Below, piece after piece: positions 1 through 9,373 of a stretch of DNA of 64,000 nucleotides. Position 1 is the stretch's first letter. Each line of letters starts with the position of its first letter. Where the stretch lies: sequence record MN453779.2; one strand, written 5' to 3'. The translations under genes and the position numbers were made by a program. A model generated the notes under the pieces. That model was not told the origin of the DNA and did no database searches. It was given only the letters and a program-made list of their open reading frames with translations.

Positions 1-68
1 CATTTATAGTATAGCAAGTAATCTTTGTATCAGATTGGATTTTTGACTAACGAAATGGAGAAACGTAA

Positions 69-527
69 ATGAATGTAGCAGAAAGTTCGTTCAAAGAGTT
101 GATGGGTGATATCCAAGATTTTGCTCCCATCCACGTTCGAGATATTATTATTGGAACTTTGAAAAACATCACTCATCAAAGTTTTGACGATAAGAATATC
201 TTTGAAAGTTCTTTAGTGAATTTTAAAGAGCGTGTTAAGTATAAGTACGAGTCATTCCCTAATCAAATTTCTAAAGAAAACTTTGAGGAAATAACAGATT
301 TCCGTGTCATCTACAGAGAGTTTCTCTCAGGATTCTCTATTCCGTTAGAAACCCCAAAATGGTCGGTTGGGAGTCGGGCTAGGTTGGTCATAGCCATTCC
401 TGACAATTTCCCTATTCCACAGATCTCAATACAGTTTTATGTTGACAATGTAAATAAATGGGTTTCTGTTCCTTGCCGTACAAATACAGTAAAAGAAACC
501 ATCATGAATCTGTTTCCTCAAGAATAA
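69..527 (+). CDS. Hypothetical protein
   Basis: 152-aa ORF with a GGAG SD; no recognisable motif. Confidence 0.7.
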   Translation: MNVAESSFKELMGDIQDFAPIHVRDIIIGTLKNITHQSFDDKNIFESSLVNFKERVKYKYESFPNQISKENFEEITDFRVIYREFLSGFSIPLETPKWSVGSRARLVIAIPDNFPIPQISIQFYVDNVNKWVSVPCRTNTVKETIMNLFPQE

Positions 528-538
528 AGGATAAAGTA

Positions 539-1072
539 ATGGAAAAGTTTGATAGTGTAGTTCCCGCAGACCAATCTCTTTTTACCAAGGATTCTCCATT
601 TCAAGAACCAGTAATCGGTAGTGTTAACCAAAATAAAGAACTTGATCTGGAAAAGGATTTCACTCTTTACCAGTTGTCCTTTAAAAACATCATCTTTGGT
701 TTGGTTGCTGTCAACAATAAGACCAGTGATGATCTTGCGGAACTCCAAAAGCAAGTTTGTGGCATTAAGAAGTACAAACATCCCTTCCATGATGCTGTCC
801 GCATTAGTCCTGTTTCTGATCGTTATGGATATAAGTGGTTGGGTCAAGCCATTGCTAATTACGTTGGTCAATCACCCATCCAGGTCCACTCATACATTAA
901 TCCAGATCAGAGTGTTGGGATGTTGATGTGTTGTCCTCGTAAAGCTTTACGTAAGGGTTTTGTTAACGCTGTTGTATGGCAGGGTGTGAACGACCTTGAT
1001 GGTGTAAAATTTGGTAAATACATCTATCCAATTCTGGAAGCTGGTGGGTTTATCAGTGTAGAAAAGGTATAG
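539..1072 (+). CDS. Hypothetical protein
   Basis: Track ORF 458-1072; start moved to ATG 539, which follows an AAGG SD and avoids overlap with the upstream gene. Confidence 0.7.
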   Translation: MEKFDSVVPADQSLFTKDSPFQEPVIGSVNQNKELDLEKDFTLYQLSFKNIIFGLVAVNNKTSDDLAELQKQVCGIKKYKHPFHDAVRISPVSDRYGYKWLGQAIANYVGQSPIQVHSYINPDQSVGMLMCCPRKALRKGFVNAVVWQGVNDLDGVKFGKYIYPILEAGGFISVEKV

Positions 1073-1139
1073 CATCAATTATTCTCTCTAACCGAATATT
1101 CGGTTAGAGAGTTTTATTTAAATCTAGGAGAGAAAAGAT

Positions 1140-1625
1140 ATGTTGCAACAAGTATGTGTTCATCAAGGTAAACGTCATCGTTTCTTCATTATGGAAGAAC
1201 AAAATGTTCCTACTTTCGTTAACGCTGTTAAAGAAGCGCGCCGCAGTGATATTTTTGTTGCTGGACCAATTGAGGTCTTTTATGACAATAAATTTTTTAT
1301 CTCTACGCACGTTAAAGTTTGTTTCAGCTTGGAAATGGGTTTTGGGGTACTAGCTTACGGATTAAAGGAAGCAGATGGCGCAGCCATTCCTGGGTTCATT
1401 AATAAACACACCGACTGTCGTGAAGCGGTAAATAAAGTTGGTGTAAAGGAATTCCTTTATCGTGCAGAAATGAAGTTCCTAGAGTGGTTGGAAGATGGTG
1501 TTGTATCTGATGATAAATTTCTTGACAAAGCTATCTTTGATAAGATTGACGAAACTTTACGTAAGGAAGGTCTGGAGTTAACTCCTTCCCAAATTCTGGT
1601 ACTTAATAAATATATTAAGGAATAG
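1140..1625 (+). CDS. Hypothetical protein
   Basis: 161-aa ORF, AGGAG SD, tightly packed with neighbours. Confidence 0.7.
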   Translation: MLQQVCVHQGKRHRFFIMEEQNVPTFVNAVKEARRSDIFVAGPIEVFYDNKFFISTHVKVCFSLEMGFGVLAYGLKEADGAAIPGFINKHTDCREAVNKVGVKEFLYRAEMKFLEWLEDGVVSDDKFLDKAIFDKIDETLRKEGLELTPSQILVLNKYIKE

Positions 1626-1628
1626 TGT

Positions 1629-1973
1629 ATGAAAGAGATCATAACCCTTCACGCGCTCGCGGATATCGATAAAGGTAAAATTGTTTATATAAAAGGTGAA
1701 CGAAGATTTGGTGACGTAGCTGAAATTCATCCCGTGGTGAATATTGGTAAGCTAACCCATGAAGAAACCCGTGTGTTGGGTTTGATCCCGGAACCCACAG
1801 TTACGTTGGTTAATCACATTCCTACCTGTGACATTTCCATAATCAACAAAGTTTGTAAAACAGTCGACAGTTTCTTTAAAGACAAAGCGTTTGAGGGATG
1901 CCGAACCCCAGCTCCTTTTCGCAATGACAAGGCGATCTACCGACAACATAAACGCCAGAGGAAACATAAATGA
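1629..1973 (+). CDS. Hypothetical protein with basic C-terminus
   Basis: 114-aa ORF ending RQHKRQRKHK; stop overlaps the next start. Confidence 0.65.
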   Translation: MKEIITLHALADIDKGKIVYIKGERRFGDVAEIHPVVNIGKLTHEETRVLGLIPEPTVTLVNHIPTCDISIINKVCKTVDSFFKDKAFEGCRTPAPFRNDKAIYRQHKRQRKHK

Positions 1974-2233
1974 GCATAAGGGAATTAATTATTCTGTTCT
2001 GCGGTTCGGCGATGTTTTTTGGGTTACTTCCGAACCTTATAGATAAAACAGGTAAGGAATTTGAAGTTACGTTATTGCTCTTTGGACTAATTGGCTTGTG
2101 TCTTTTACTAACCTGTGCTTCTTACTACATAGAGTGGTTAATCAAAAAAGAAAATAAAAAGAGATTGAGGAAAGGTCGTAAAGATCATAACGAAAACCTT
2201 AGCATATTAAGCGATTTTTTCAAAGATGATTAA
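1970..2233 (+). CDS. Small two-TM membrane protein
   Basis: Two hydrophobic stretches followed by a basic tail. Confidence 0.6.
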   Translation: MSIRELIILFCGSAMFFGLLPNLIDKTGKEFEVTLLLFGLIGLCLLLTCASYYIEWLIKKENKKRLRKGRKDHNENLSILSDFFKDD

Positions 2234-2244
2234 TATCCAAATAG

Positions 2245-2268
2245 TTTTAGATCTATATTATTTAAGTG
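2245..2268 (+). promoter_or_regulatory. Early (virion RNAP-type) promoter, degenerate copy
   Basis: TTTTAGATCTATATTATTTAAGTG matches the repeated TTTTCARAC-N-TATATTAY motif; upstream of 2302. Confidence 0.5.
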
Positions 2269-2301
2269 TTATTAAACCATAATGTTTAAGGAATCTAGGA
2301 T

Positions 2302-2685
2302 ATGATGAACGAACTGAAAGCTCAAATCTTCAAAAAGAAACTCTTTGGTCTGAAACACAAGTTTCGTTTCCTCAAAGATGATGAAGTTATTCAAGAAGGT
2401 GATCTTCACTTTAAGGCTAGTGGGTACGGCGTTTTTGAATTTAAATCTAAAGACGCTCTGATGGAATATTTGGAACATCGTATCAAAGAAGCTGAGGTTA
2501 GTAACTGGGAAGGTAAAGTCCTTAAATATCTTTCTGAAAACCTGGATAAATATCAGGAAGGTTACAAGTTGATCTTGATTGCAAGATTGCTCGATAGTCC
2601 TGAACATACAGGTCTTTGGACCGCCACTAGTTACGGCGAACCAGTTACCGAGTTCCCACTACGCGTGTTTGTACGTAAAATCTAA
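2302..2685 (+). CDS. Hypothetical protein
   Basis: 127-aa ORF with AAGGA SD. Confidence 0.7.
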   Translation: MMNELKAQIFKKKLFGLKHKFRFLKDDEVIQEGDLHFKASGYGVFEFKSKDALMEYLEHRIKEAEVSNWEGKVLKYLSENLDKYQEGYKLILIARLLDSPEHTGLWTATSYGEPVTEFPLRVFVRKI

Positions 2686-2703
2686 TCTATAAAGGGTGAC
2701 AGT

Positions 2704-3054
2704 ATGAAAATTATTAAATATTTCTGGATAGTGTTTTTCCTTACAGTTTCGGGTGTACAGGCTAATCAACAAAACCCCATCAAACTCCAAACTGGCGAAG
2801 TTGGTAATTACCTAGTCGTAAGGCTGACCTCGCTTGTTGACCAAATAGTCATCAATAATGTAACTATTAATCGTGGGGCTTGCGAAAACCCGTCAATTGG
2901 AAATCCTAAGAAAGGAACGATATTGAAGTTCGGGCAAAGTAAAGATTGGCGATGGATGGTACATAATTCATATAACGGGAATAACTATCCGTGTGAAATA
3001 TTGGAAATCGCAATAAACACCAATGGTGGTGTTTTGACCTATACCCCACAGTAA
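2704..3054 (+). CDS. Putative exported protein
   Basis: Signal-peptide-like N-terminus (MKIIKYFWIVFFLTVSGVQA), beta-rich body with two Cys. Confidence 0.65.
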   Translation: MKIIKYFWIVFFLTVSGVQANQQNPIKLQTGEVGNYLVVRLTSLVDQIVINNVTINRGACENPSIGNPKKGTILKFGQSKDWRWMVHNSYNGNNYPCEILEIAINTNGGVLTYTPQ

Positions 3055-3073
3055 ATAATAAAGGAGAATAAAA

Positions 3074-3511
3074 ATGCATCAAGTCAGCTTTCCTGTAAAA
3101 AGCGGGTGTATCAATATTTTTCTTATGGACTATAATGACCGTAATGGTAGAGTAGTACCGTGCTTGATTTTTATAGCTGGAGATACGCAGGAAGAACTAC
3201 TACAGGTTCCAGATAGTGTCTCAGATGTCTATGAACTTTCAGAACAAATTGAATATTACGTTGACGACCTGGAAGATTTGTATGACGTTATGAAATATGA
3301 AAATTTAGGATCTGAGAAAATAAGGGAAGTGATATTGGAAATTCTCAAAGATTCTGATTATGAACCCAGGTGCTTTGAGATTGAAGATGACGACTTCCAA
3401 GCAATTTTGGTAATAGCGGAGAAGGGTTACGATGGAAAGCTTCGTGATCATTGGAATCCTGTAAACGAAGCAGATGCATTTGAACGACTCTCCATTATCG
3501 CCAATGTTTAA
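3074..3511 (+). CDS. Acidic hypothetical protein
   Basis: 145-aa D/E-rich ORF with AAGGAG SD. Confidence 0.7.
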   Translation: MHQVSFPVKSGCINIFLMDYNDRNGRVVPCLIFIAGDTQEELLQVPDSVSDVYELSEQIEYYVDDLEDLYDVMKYENLGSEKIREVILEILKDSDYEPRCFEIEDDDFQAILVIAEKGYDGKLRDHWNPVNEADAFERLSIIANV

Positions 3512-3565
3512 ATAACAACGTTTGCAATACTAAGCAATAAACAACCCACTAAAAAGGAATAGAAG

Positions 3566-3943
3566 ATGATCAAAGGTATCAAACAAGGTCAGGTTGTAGT
3601 TGGTAAAGTTAAGCATCCTAAAGTAGGTATGCTTCCTACCAATCTCATTCTGTTTGCAGTAGAAGGTGAAGTGGAGGACCTTGGTCTGGATTTAGAGTGG
3701 GTTCAAGAACCTGTAGTGTTTGAAACCACCGTGGATCTTGGTCATAAAGAAGGTTACGTGAAAGCTATTAAAGGTTTTGCTCGCACTCTGGAAAAAGAGC
3801 CCGGTCGTAAACTGGAATGTTTGGCTGATTCAATTCACGGTTCATCTTCTAGTTACTTCTTTGACGTACTCGATTCGTCTCACTCCATCTGCTTGCTGTT
3901 GAGCAAAAACCACGGTGTGCAACTGGACGAACGCTGGAAATAA
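3566..3943 (+). CDS. Hypothetical protein
   Basis: 125-aa ORF with AAGGA SD. Confidence 0.7.
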   Translation: MIKGIKQGQVVVGKVKHPKVGMLPTNLILFAVEGEVEDLGLDLEWVQEPVVFETTVDLGHKEGYVKAIKGFARTLEKEPGRKLECLADSIHGSSSSYFFDVLDSSHSICLLLSKNHGVQLDERWK

Positions 3944-3958
3944 GTATAGGAGAAAGAA

Positions 3959-4408
3959 ATGTTGAAATATCTTTATGGAAAACTTCCAGTTACTTCCACA
4001 CTTAATCAAGGTTCTAAGGAAAAAATAGAGAGGGTTAGCGCCCTCCTCTTTTCTGTTCGCTGTGATGAGTTTCAACACCGCGACATGGAATTTGCGACGG
4101 CCTTTATCCCTTTCAACGGTGGCTTTGGAAACCTCCACCCAACTGATCCAGCCCGTCATTTTTATGGCGAAAGTATTTCTTGTAATGTTCAAACTGACCC
4201 TGACGTCATCGACAATATGATAGAGTTGAAAGAAACTGGAAATGTTTTTTACACCCACCCTAATGATAGTAAACACCGAGTGTTTGCCATTATCGAAAAG
4301 GGTGTAGGTTACCCTTGCAAAACCGGACGTGCTGGAGATTGGATTCCATGTTCTTTGCAAGAGATGGAAAAACTCTGTAACGAAGAACGCTCTACATTCC
4401 CTTATTGA
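3959..4408 (+). CDS. Hypothetical protein, paralogue A of a tandem pair
   Basis: Shares QHRDM, GGF and SISCNV motifs with 4425-4844. Confidence 0.75.
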   Translation: MLKYLYGKLPVTSTLNQGSKEKIERVSALLFSVRCDEFQHRDMEFATAFIPFNGGFGNLHPTDPARHFYGESISCNVQTDPDVIDNMIELKETGNVFYTHPNDSKHRVFAIIEKGVGYPCKTGRAGDWIPCSLQEMEKLCNEERSTFPY

Positions 4409-4424
4409 GTATAGGAAAGAAAAT

Positions 4425-4844
4425 ATGTTTAAATATTTGGCTGGTCAATATTCTATCAACGAAGACGAAGGTATCTGTCAATCACTTTTACTCACAGTAA
4501 AACGTGATAGTTATCAACACCGCGACATGGCCGGTAATTTTGGTTATATTCCTCAGGTAGGGGGCTTCGCCGCGCTGCAACAAGAAACCCCGGATGAAAT
4601 GTTCTTTGGTGGATCGATATCTTGTAACGTCTCCACATCAAAAGAACTCAACCCTACTTTGATGGAACTGGTTAAAAACGGAAACATTTTCCATTGCTCC
4701 ACTTATAAAGTAAAGGATGTATGGTTGTTTCTCGAAAAAGATTACACGCCAGAACCGGATGAAGGTGTTGAATTTAAACGAGTTACAATGGAAGAGTTCA
4801 AAGCTAGAACTGATGAACTCATCAACGATCCATATTACTTTTGA
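4425..4844 (+). CDS. Hypothetical protein, paralogue B of a tandem pair
   Basis: Start moved to ATG 4425 (MFKYL vs MLKYL in paralogue A; similar AGTATAGGA leader). Confidence 0.75.
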   Translation: MFKYLAGQYSINEDEGICQSLLLTVKRDSYQHRDMAGNFGYIPQVGGFAALQQETPDEMFFGGSISCNVSTSKELNPTLMELVKNGNIFHCSTYKVKDVWLFLEKDYTPEPDEGVEFKRVTMEEFKARTDELINDPYYF

Positions 4845-4852
4845 GGTGCAAA

Positions 4853-5215
4853 ATGGCTGAACCAGTAGCAAGATTCAATATCTATACTGTAAACGATTTG
4901 ATCACTTATCTGTCAGCTTGTGTTAACCAGGACCAACTTGTTTCTGGAATGTATATAGTCAATCCAGATCCTGTTGTTCAAGAAGAGTACTCAACGAAGT
5001 TTGGACTAGTATTATCACAAGTTCCGGTTAAGTACCAACCTTACGAACTCGATATTGATCTTATCATTTCTGAGAACGTTACTATTGATCAAGTTATCGG
5101 TATTTTGAAGAAAGTTAAAGATCCGTTTACTTTGATTAAACATATTAGACTCAAAGGTGCAAGTAATAAAATTTATGCTTGTGTTGATGAGAACGGTTTT
5201 GTAATGCATGATTAA
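4853..5215 (+). CDS. Hypothetical protein
   Basis: Start moved to ATG 4853, after a GAGG SD. Confidence 0.65.
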   Translation: MAEPVARFNIYTVNDLITYLSACVNQDQLVSGMYIVNPDPVVQEEYSTKFGLVLSQVPVKYQPYELDIDLIISENVTIDQVIGILKKVKDPFTLIKHIRLKGASNKIYACVDENGFVMHD

Positions 5216-5224
5216 TAAGGTATT

Positions 5225-5262
5225 CCCAACCTAACCCAATTGGGTTAGGTTGGGTTCTTTTA
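5225..5262. terminator. Bidirectional terminator, 30-bp perfect palindrome
   Basis: CCCAACCTAACCCAATTGGGTTAGGTTGGG followed by a T-tract, between convergent genes. Confidence 0.75.
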
Positions 5263-5272
5263 CATGTTTATT

Positions 5273-5872
5273 TTATTCTTGTAGATGAGGTTTATAATAA
5301 ATAGGAACGACTCTATCATCCATGTTTAATGATTTAATTAAAACACTCCCAGAACGCTCTGTAACGGGATCTTTAGTATCAGGTATAGTAAGTGTCATCT
5401 CGTACCAATGGATCTTCCCAAGAAGCTGATAAACCGCCTCTATGGTTTTATTGCCTGGATCTAGAACAAGTACCTGCTCTACCGTGTCAGTTAACTGGTA
5501 CAGTCCAACGGAAACATCTTGGGTTTTTATTGCGTCTCTTAATTTGCTCTCTGTGTATTCTGCTAATGGCTTAACATTAAAATCAGTTAAGATATCATTG
5601 AACGTTACTTTCTCAATAATTGCATCAGCGTGAAAGAACCCTCTGGTTCTTGATACAAAACAGGCTCTAATCTTACCATTATCAAACCTAATACCAGGTT
5701 CTATTTGTACGTCCGTATGACGAAGATCTTCATATCTCTGTTTAGCAACTTTGATCTTTTCTTCATTACCTTCCGCAATAATGAGTGTTAATTGATTTTC
5801 TAGATATTTCTTTATTGAACTAAATAATGGATCATAAATTTTCTTATATTTAATAGATTCTTCATAAATCAT
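5273..5872 (-). CDS. Hypothetical protein
   Basis: 199-aa ORF with AAGGA SD on the minus strand. Confidence 0.7.
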   Translation of the reverse strand: MIYEESIKYKKIYDPLFSSIKKYLENQLTLIIAEGNEEKIKVAKQRYEDLRHTDVQIEPGIRFDNGKIRACFVSRTRGFFHADAIIEKVTFNDILTDFNVKPLAEYTESKLRDAIKTQDVSVGLYQLTDTVEQVLVLDPGNKTIEAVYQLLGKIHWYEMTLTIPDTKDPVTERSGSVLIKSLNMDDRVVPIYYKPHLQE

Positions 5873-5944
5873 GTTAATTCCTTACTTAGTGTACTATTCT
5901 AAGAAGAATGTTAAAAGTCATTCAAACGATCTTAAATTGATAGC

Positions 5945-5977
5945 CCTATATTTTTTCAAGCAGATATTATTAAGTTG
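5945..5977 (+). promoter_or_regulatory. Early promoter (CTATA subtype)
   Basis: CCTATATTTTTTCAAGCAGATATTATTAAGTTG upstream of the phosphoesterase-thyA operon. Confidence 0.55.
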
Positions 5978-6005
5978 AGTAAGTATAGAGTATTAAGGAA
6001 TATAC

Positions 6006-6509
6006 ATGTCAAACACCGCGTTCATAAGCGATCTACATTTAGATCACCCAAAGGCATTGCAGGTAAGAGGTTGGTTTCCTACCCTAAAGGAATACCAGGA
6101 ATATGTTTGCGACATTTGGGTTGATAAAGTCACACCAAGAACTACCATATATCTTTTAGGTGATATTGCTTTCACTTGGGAAGGTTTAGGTATTCTAAAG
6201 AAGTTACCTGGAAAGAAGCTTCTTGTGTGTGGTAATCACGATCACACACGTAATTCAACTAGAGATCTATTAGAAGTTTATAAAGAGATTTATGGACTTC
6301 ACAGACATCGTTCGGGTCTGTGGTTAAGTCACGCCCCAATTCATCATTCGGAACTACGTGGTAAATTGAATGTACATGGACATACACATGAAAAGGTCAT
6401 ACAAGATCCTAGGTACATAAACGTCGCCATAGATCATTTAAGAAATGGTCCAGTTGATTTGGAATTAATTAGATCTGGTGAGTATAGAACATGGAGAGAT
6501 AATAAATGA
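6006..6509 (+). CDS. Calcineurin-like metallophosphoesterase
   Basis: Full motif set: SDLHLDH, LGDIA, GNHD, SHAP, VHGHTH. Confidence 0.9.
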   Translation: MSNTAFISDLHLDHPKALQVRGWFPTLKEYQEYVCDIWVDKVTPRTTIYLLGDIAFTWEGLGILKKLPGKKLLVCGNHDHTRNSTRDLLEVYKEIYGLHRHRSGLWLSHAPIHHSELRGKLNVHGHTHEKVIQDPRYINVAIDHLRNGPVDLELIRSGEYRTWRDNK

Positions 6510-6979
6510 GTGAAGGTTCTATAAAGGTAATGGAGATTGAGTTTAAGATTGCCGTGCGTTCTCTAAGGTTTAGATTGGAAGAGGATTACGATACATTCTA
6601 CCAGAAAGCCCCTGATTCAGACAGAACCGATTTCTGTGTAAAGATGTTAGGGATTGTACCTACACATAAGGAAGCTGGAAGGTATATTGTCCCTAAGTTG
6701 CTCAAAGTTCTTGACAGTATTAACAATGGTAAACTTCACACTCTTCTTTCTAATGAAAGGGACTGCCGTGAAACTAACATGTTGTTGCAAACAGAATTTT
6801 GTAGATCAGTTACAAAGATTGATTATAAGGGAAATTTAGATTTCTTTATAAATAGAGATATCAACATCCCTGAATCAAGAACTGTGTTAAAGGACATGTT
6901 CGACCTGATAGTATTTGTAGAAGCCATTAATCGGTTTATTAAGATCGAGTCAATTAAACCAATCTTCACTGGAGTGTAA
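6506..6979 (+). CDS. Hypothetical protein
   Basis: 157-aa ORF overlapping the upstream stop. Confidence 0.7.
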   Translation: MSEGSIKVMEIEFKIAVRSLRFRLEEDYDTFYQKAPDSDRTDFCVKMLGIVPTHKEAGRYIVPKLLKVLDSINNGKLHTLLSNERDCRETNMLLQTEFCRSVTKIDYKGNLDFFINRDINIPESRTVLKDMFDLIVFVEAINRFIKIESIKPIFTGV

Positions 6980-6981
6980 TA

Positions 6982-9240
6982 ATGTCAAAAGGTTCCGTAA
7001 TGAAAACGAATCTTGATCCTGCCAAATGTCCTTTCTGCGGTTCGCCCGAAGTGGAGTACCCAACACCCCGGACTGTTTATTCTTGCGGGACTAATGATTA
7101 TGACGGCCGCCCTGAATCAGCAATGCAATCTGAAACGTGTAAAGAGCGTGTGCTAGCTAAACCTGTTCACACTACCCAGTTTGAAAAGAAATTTGGTATT
7201 AAGGAAGAAGATTGCAAAAACAAATATGAGTTGTGGTATTTCAAAACACTTCTTTCTTTACTGGAAGATGGAACAGTTAAAGACGACCGGACCAATACAG
7301 GAACACGTTCTATTCCGTTCCATACATATCAACACGATCTTCGTGAATCTTATCCGCTGATGAAGTCTCGTTATCTGGATCCCTTTAATCCTATTAAAGA
7401 AATGATCTGGATGTTGAGTGGTTCTTCTAATGTTAAACCTCTTCAGGAAATGGGAGTTCCTTTCTGGAATAGTTTTGCTGATGAAGACGGAGAGTTGGGT
7501 CCTGTTTACGGTGTACAGTGGCGTCATTGGAAAACCCCTGATGGTGAAGAAGTAGATCAAATCCAATATGTTCTTGACCTACTGGAGAATGAACCTACGT
7601 CTCGTCGTATGGTGGTTAGTTGCTGGAATCCATCCTTTATCCCAGTCGCTAAAACCGCACCGAAAGATAATCCGAAGCTAGGTAAGATGAGCTTGACACC
7701 TTGCTTTGTAGCAGGAACACCTGTTTTAACACCACATGGCTATGTTGATATAGAAAGTTTAAACGCAGGAGATTTGGTTGTAACGGATAAGGGTAATATA
7801 CAGCCGATAAATCATAAATGGATAACTGAATACACTGGCGAAATTATAGGCCTTTCTATGGTCTACCAGACAGAATTAATACAGTGTACACCAAACCACC
7901 CGTTTCTAATTAAAAATAAAGGGTATATTGAATGTAAGGATATCAAGATTGGTGATAAACTTGGGATATTAAGGCCTAAATTTTCCGATCGAGTGCATGT
8001 AAACAACTGGTCAGTGTTAAATAGTTATCACCAAACCATTTCACATAGCGAGGAACTTAATAAAAACGATTATTATTTTCTTGGGTATTTTTTAGGAAAT
8101 GGATGGGTGTCACAAACACAACCTAGAGTTAGTGTGGCAATACCAAACAGTAAAGTGGAATGGTTGTTACCTAAAATAAGAAATTCGATAAAATTGATTC
8201 ATAAACCAGGCATTTCCCCTAACGTAGCTACATACGCTACAAAATCGCAAAAGTGGTGGGGGTTGTTAAAAGAATTTGGTCATGGTGCTAGTAACAAAAA
8301 GATACCTGAATGGATTTTTACTTCCCCTATCGAGTTTGTAGAGGAGTTTATTAAAGGGTATAAAGACGCCGATGGGTTCGAATCTAAAAATAGAAAAGTG
8401 ATCTCTTATACAACCACTTCTAGATCTTTAGCCTATGGACTTCAAAGATTATACGCTGGTTTAGGTAGACACGCGGCGGTATACAAACAAAAAAGACCTA
8501 CAACAACTATTATCGAGGGAAGGTGTGTAAATCAAAAAGACACTTACATGGTAAACCTTAGATCAAGAACAGTACATGATGTGGAAATGGATGGAGACTA
8601 CCTATGGGTCCCAGTGAACGGTATAGGGAAAAAGACAACTTCATGTTTGGTTTACAACTACGACGTAGGTCATGACCACACTTACGTGGTGCATAACTAC
8701 GCCACACACAACTGCCATTTTTCATTTGTTCTCACAGCAACACCAATGAACTTTGGTGACAGACTAAACTATTTCAAACATTCTCACCCAACCATCTACA
8801 GTAATCTTTATCCAATCTCTGGTAAAGGTTGGACCGAGCGTGCTGAAGAAGCAATGAATCATCGCAATGTTCCTAAGTTCTATCTTGATCTTAGTTTCAT
8901 CATGCGGTCTAATGACTTTATTCTTGGTAACCCCGCTAACCTGAATGAATACGCTGCTCTATGTATGATGTTTGCACAACAACGCAACATGATCGCGCGC
9001 TATGTCAATTACACTGGTATTGATGTTCATATCTACTCTAACCACATTGCTGGTGCTAGAGAACAGATTGATTATGTCAAGAAACATCCGGAGATCTTTA
9101 CTGATGAACCAGCTAAAATACATATTGGTTTGAACGGGAAACCTAATACAATATTTGAATACACTGTTGATCATTTTGTAGTCCAAGATTACCATCGTGA
9201 AAATACTGGACCGGTAATTCGTTTCCCAATTGCTGTATAA
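6982..9240 (+). CDS. thyA: Thymidylate synthase (ThyA type) precursor containing an intein
   Basis: DDRTNTGT, EMIWML, ELGPVYGVQWRHW, SRRMVVSCWNP, LTP|CHF, RSNDFILGNPAN, DVHIYSNH. Confidence 0.95.
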   Translation: MSKGSVMKTNLDPAKCPFCGSPEVEYPTPRTVYSCGTNDYDGRPESAMQSETCKERVLAKPVHTTQFEKKFGIKEEDCKNKYELWYFKTLLSLLEDGTVKDDRTNTGTRSIPFHTYQHDLRESYPLMKSRYLDPFNPIKEMIWMLSGSSNVKPLQEMGVPFWNSFADEDGELGPVYGVQWRHWKTPDGEEVDQIQYVLDLLENEPTSRRMVVSCWNPSFIPVAKTAPKDNPKLGKMSLTPCFVAGTPVLTPHGYVDIESLNAGDLVVTDKGNIQPINHKWITEYTGEIIGLSMVYQTELIQCTPNHPFLIKNKGYIECKDIKIGDKLGILRPKFSDRVHVNNWSVLNSYHQTISHSEELNKNDYYFLGYFLGNGWVSQTQPRVSVAIPNSKVEWLLPKIRNSIKLIHKPGISPNVATYATKSQKWWGLLKEFGHGASNKKIPEWIFTSPIEFVEEFIKGYKDADGFESKNRKVISYTTTSRSLAYGLQRLYAGLGRHAAVYKQKRPTTTIIEGRCVNQKDTYMVNLRSRTVHDVEMDGDYLWVPVNGIGKKTTSCLVYNYDVGHDHTYVVHNYATHNCHFSFVLTATPMNFGDRLNYFKHSHPTIYSNLYPISGKGWTERAEEAMNHRNVPKFYLDLSFIMRSNDFILGNPANLNEYAALCMMFAQQRNMIARYVNYTGIDVHIYSNHIAGAREQIDYVKKHPEIFTDEPAKIHIGLNGKPNTIFEYTVDHFVVQDYHRENTGPVIRFPIAV
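7702..8712 (+). mobile_element. Intein (337 aa) with LAGLIDADG homing endonuclease
   Basis: Begins CFVAGTPV, ends VYNYDVGHDHTYVVHNYATHN, +1 residue Cys; endonuclease blocks FLGYFLGNG and FIKGYKDADG; removal restores LTPCH. Confidence 0.95.
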
Positions 9241-9262
9241 CTAAATAAAGAGGTCGATTAAA

Positions 9263-9373
9263 ATGTCAGTTGGCGCTTTGTTGTTAATTGCTGTATTGTA
9301 TCTTATTGGCGTTTTGATCGATCTAGTTATTAATAAGAAGGATAAAAGACCTAAAGGGTTCAGGGAGGGATAA
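9263..9373 (+). CDS. Micro-ORF (36 aa), single TM, not in track
   Basis: MSVGALLLIAVLYLIGVLIDLVINKKDKRPKGFREG with a GAGG SD. Confidence 0.55.
   Translation: MSVGALLLIAVLYLIGVLIDLVINKKDKRPKGFREG

Noticed and set aside
5895-5940. Minus-strand early promoter for 5273-5872
   Set aside because: A TTTAAGATC-like word is present on the minus strand, but the TATATTA core is missing
6982-9240. ThyA as a dCMP hydroxymethylase (DNA modification pathway)
   Set aside because: Keeps the dUMP-specifying Asn (GNPAN) and is linked to folA; no glycosyltransferase or other modification genes seen. A dUMP hydroxymethylase role is not formally excluded
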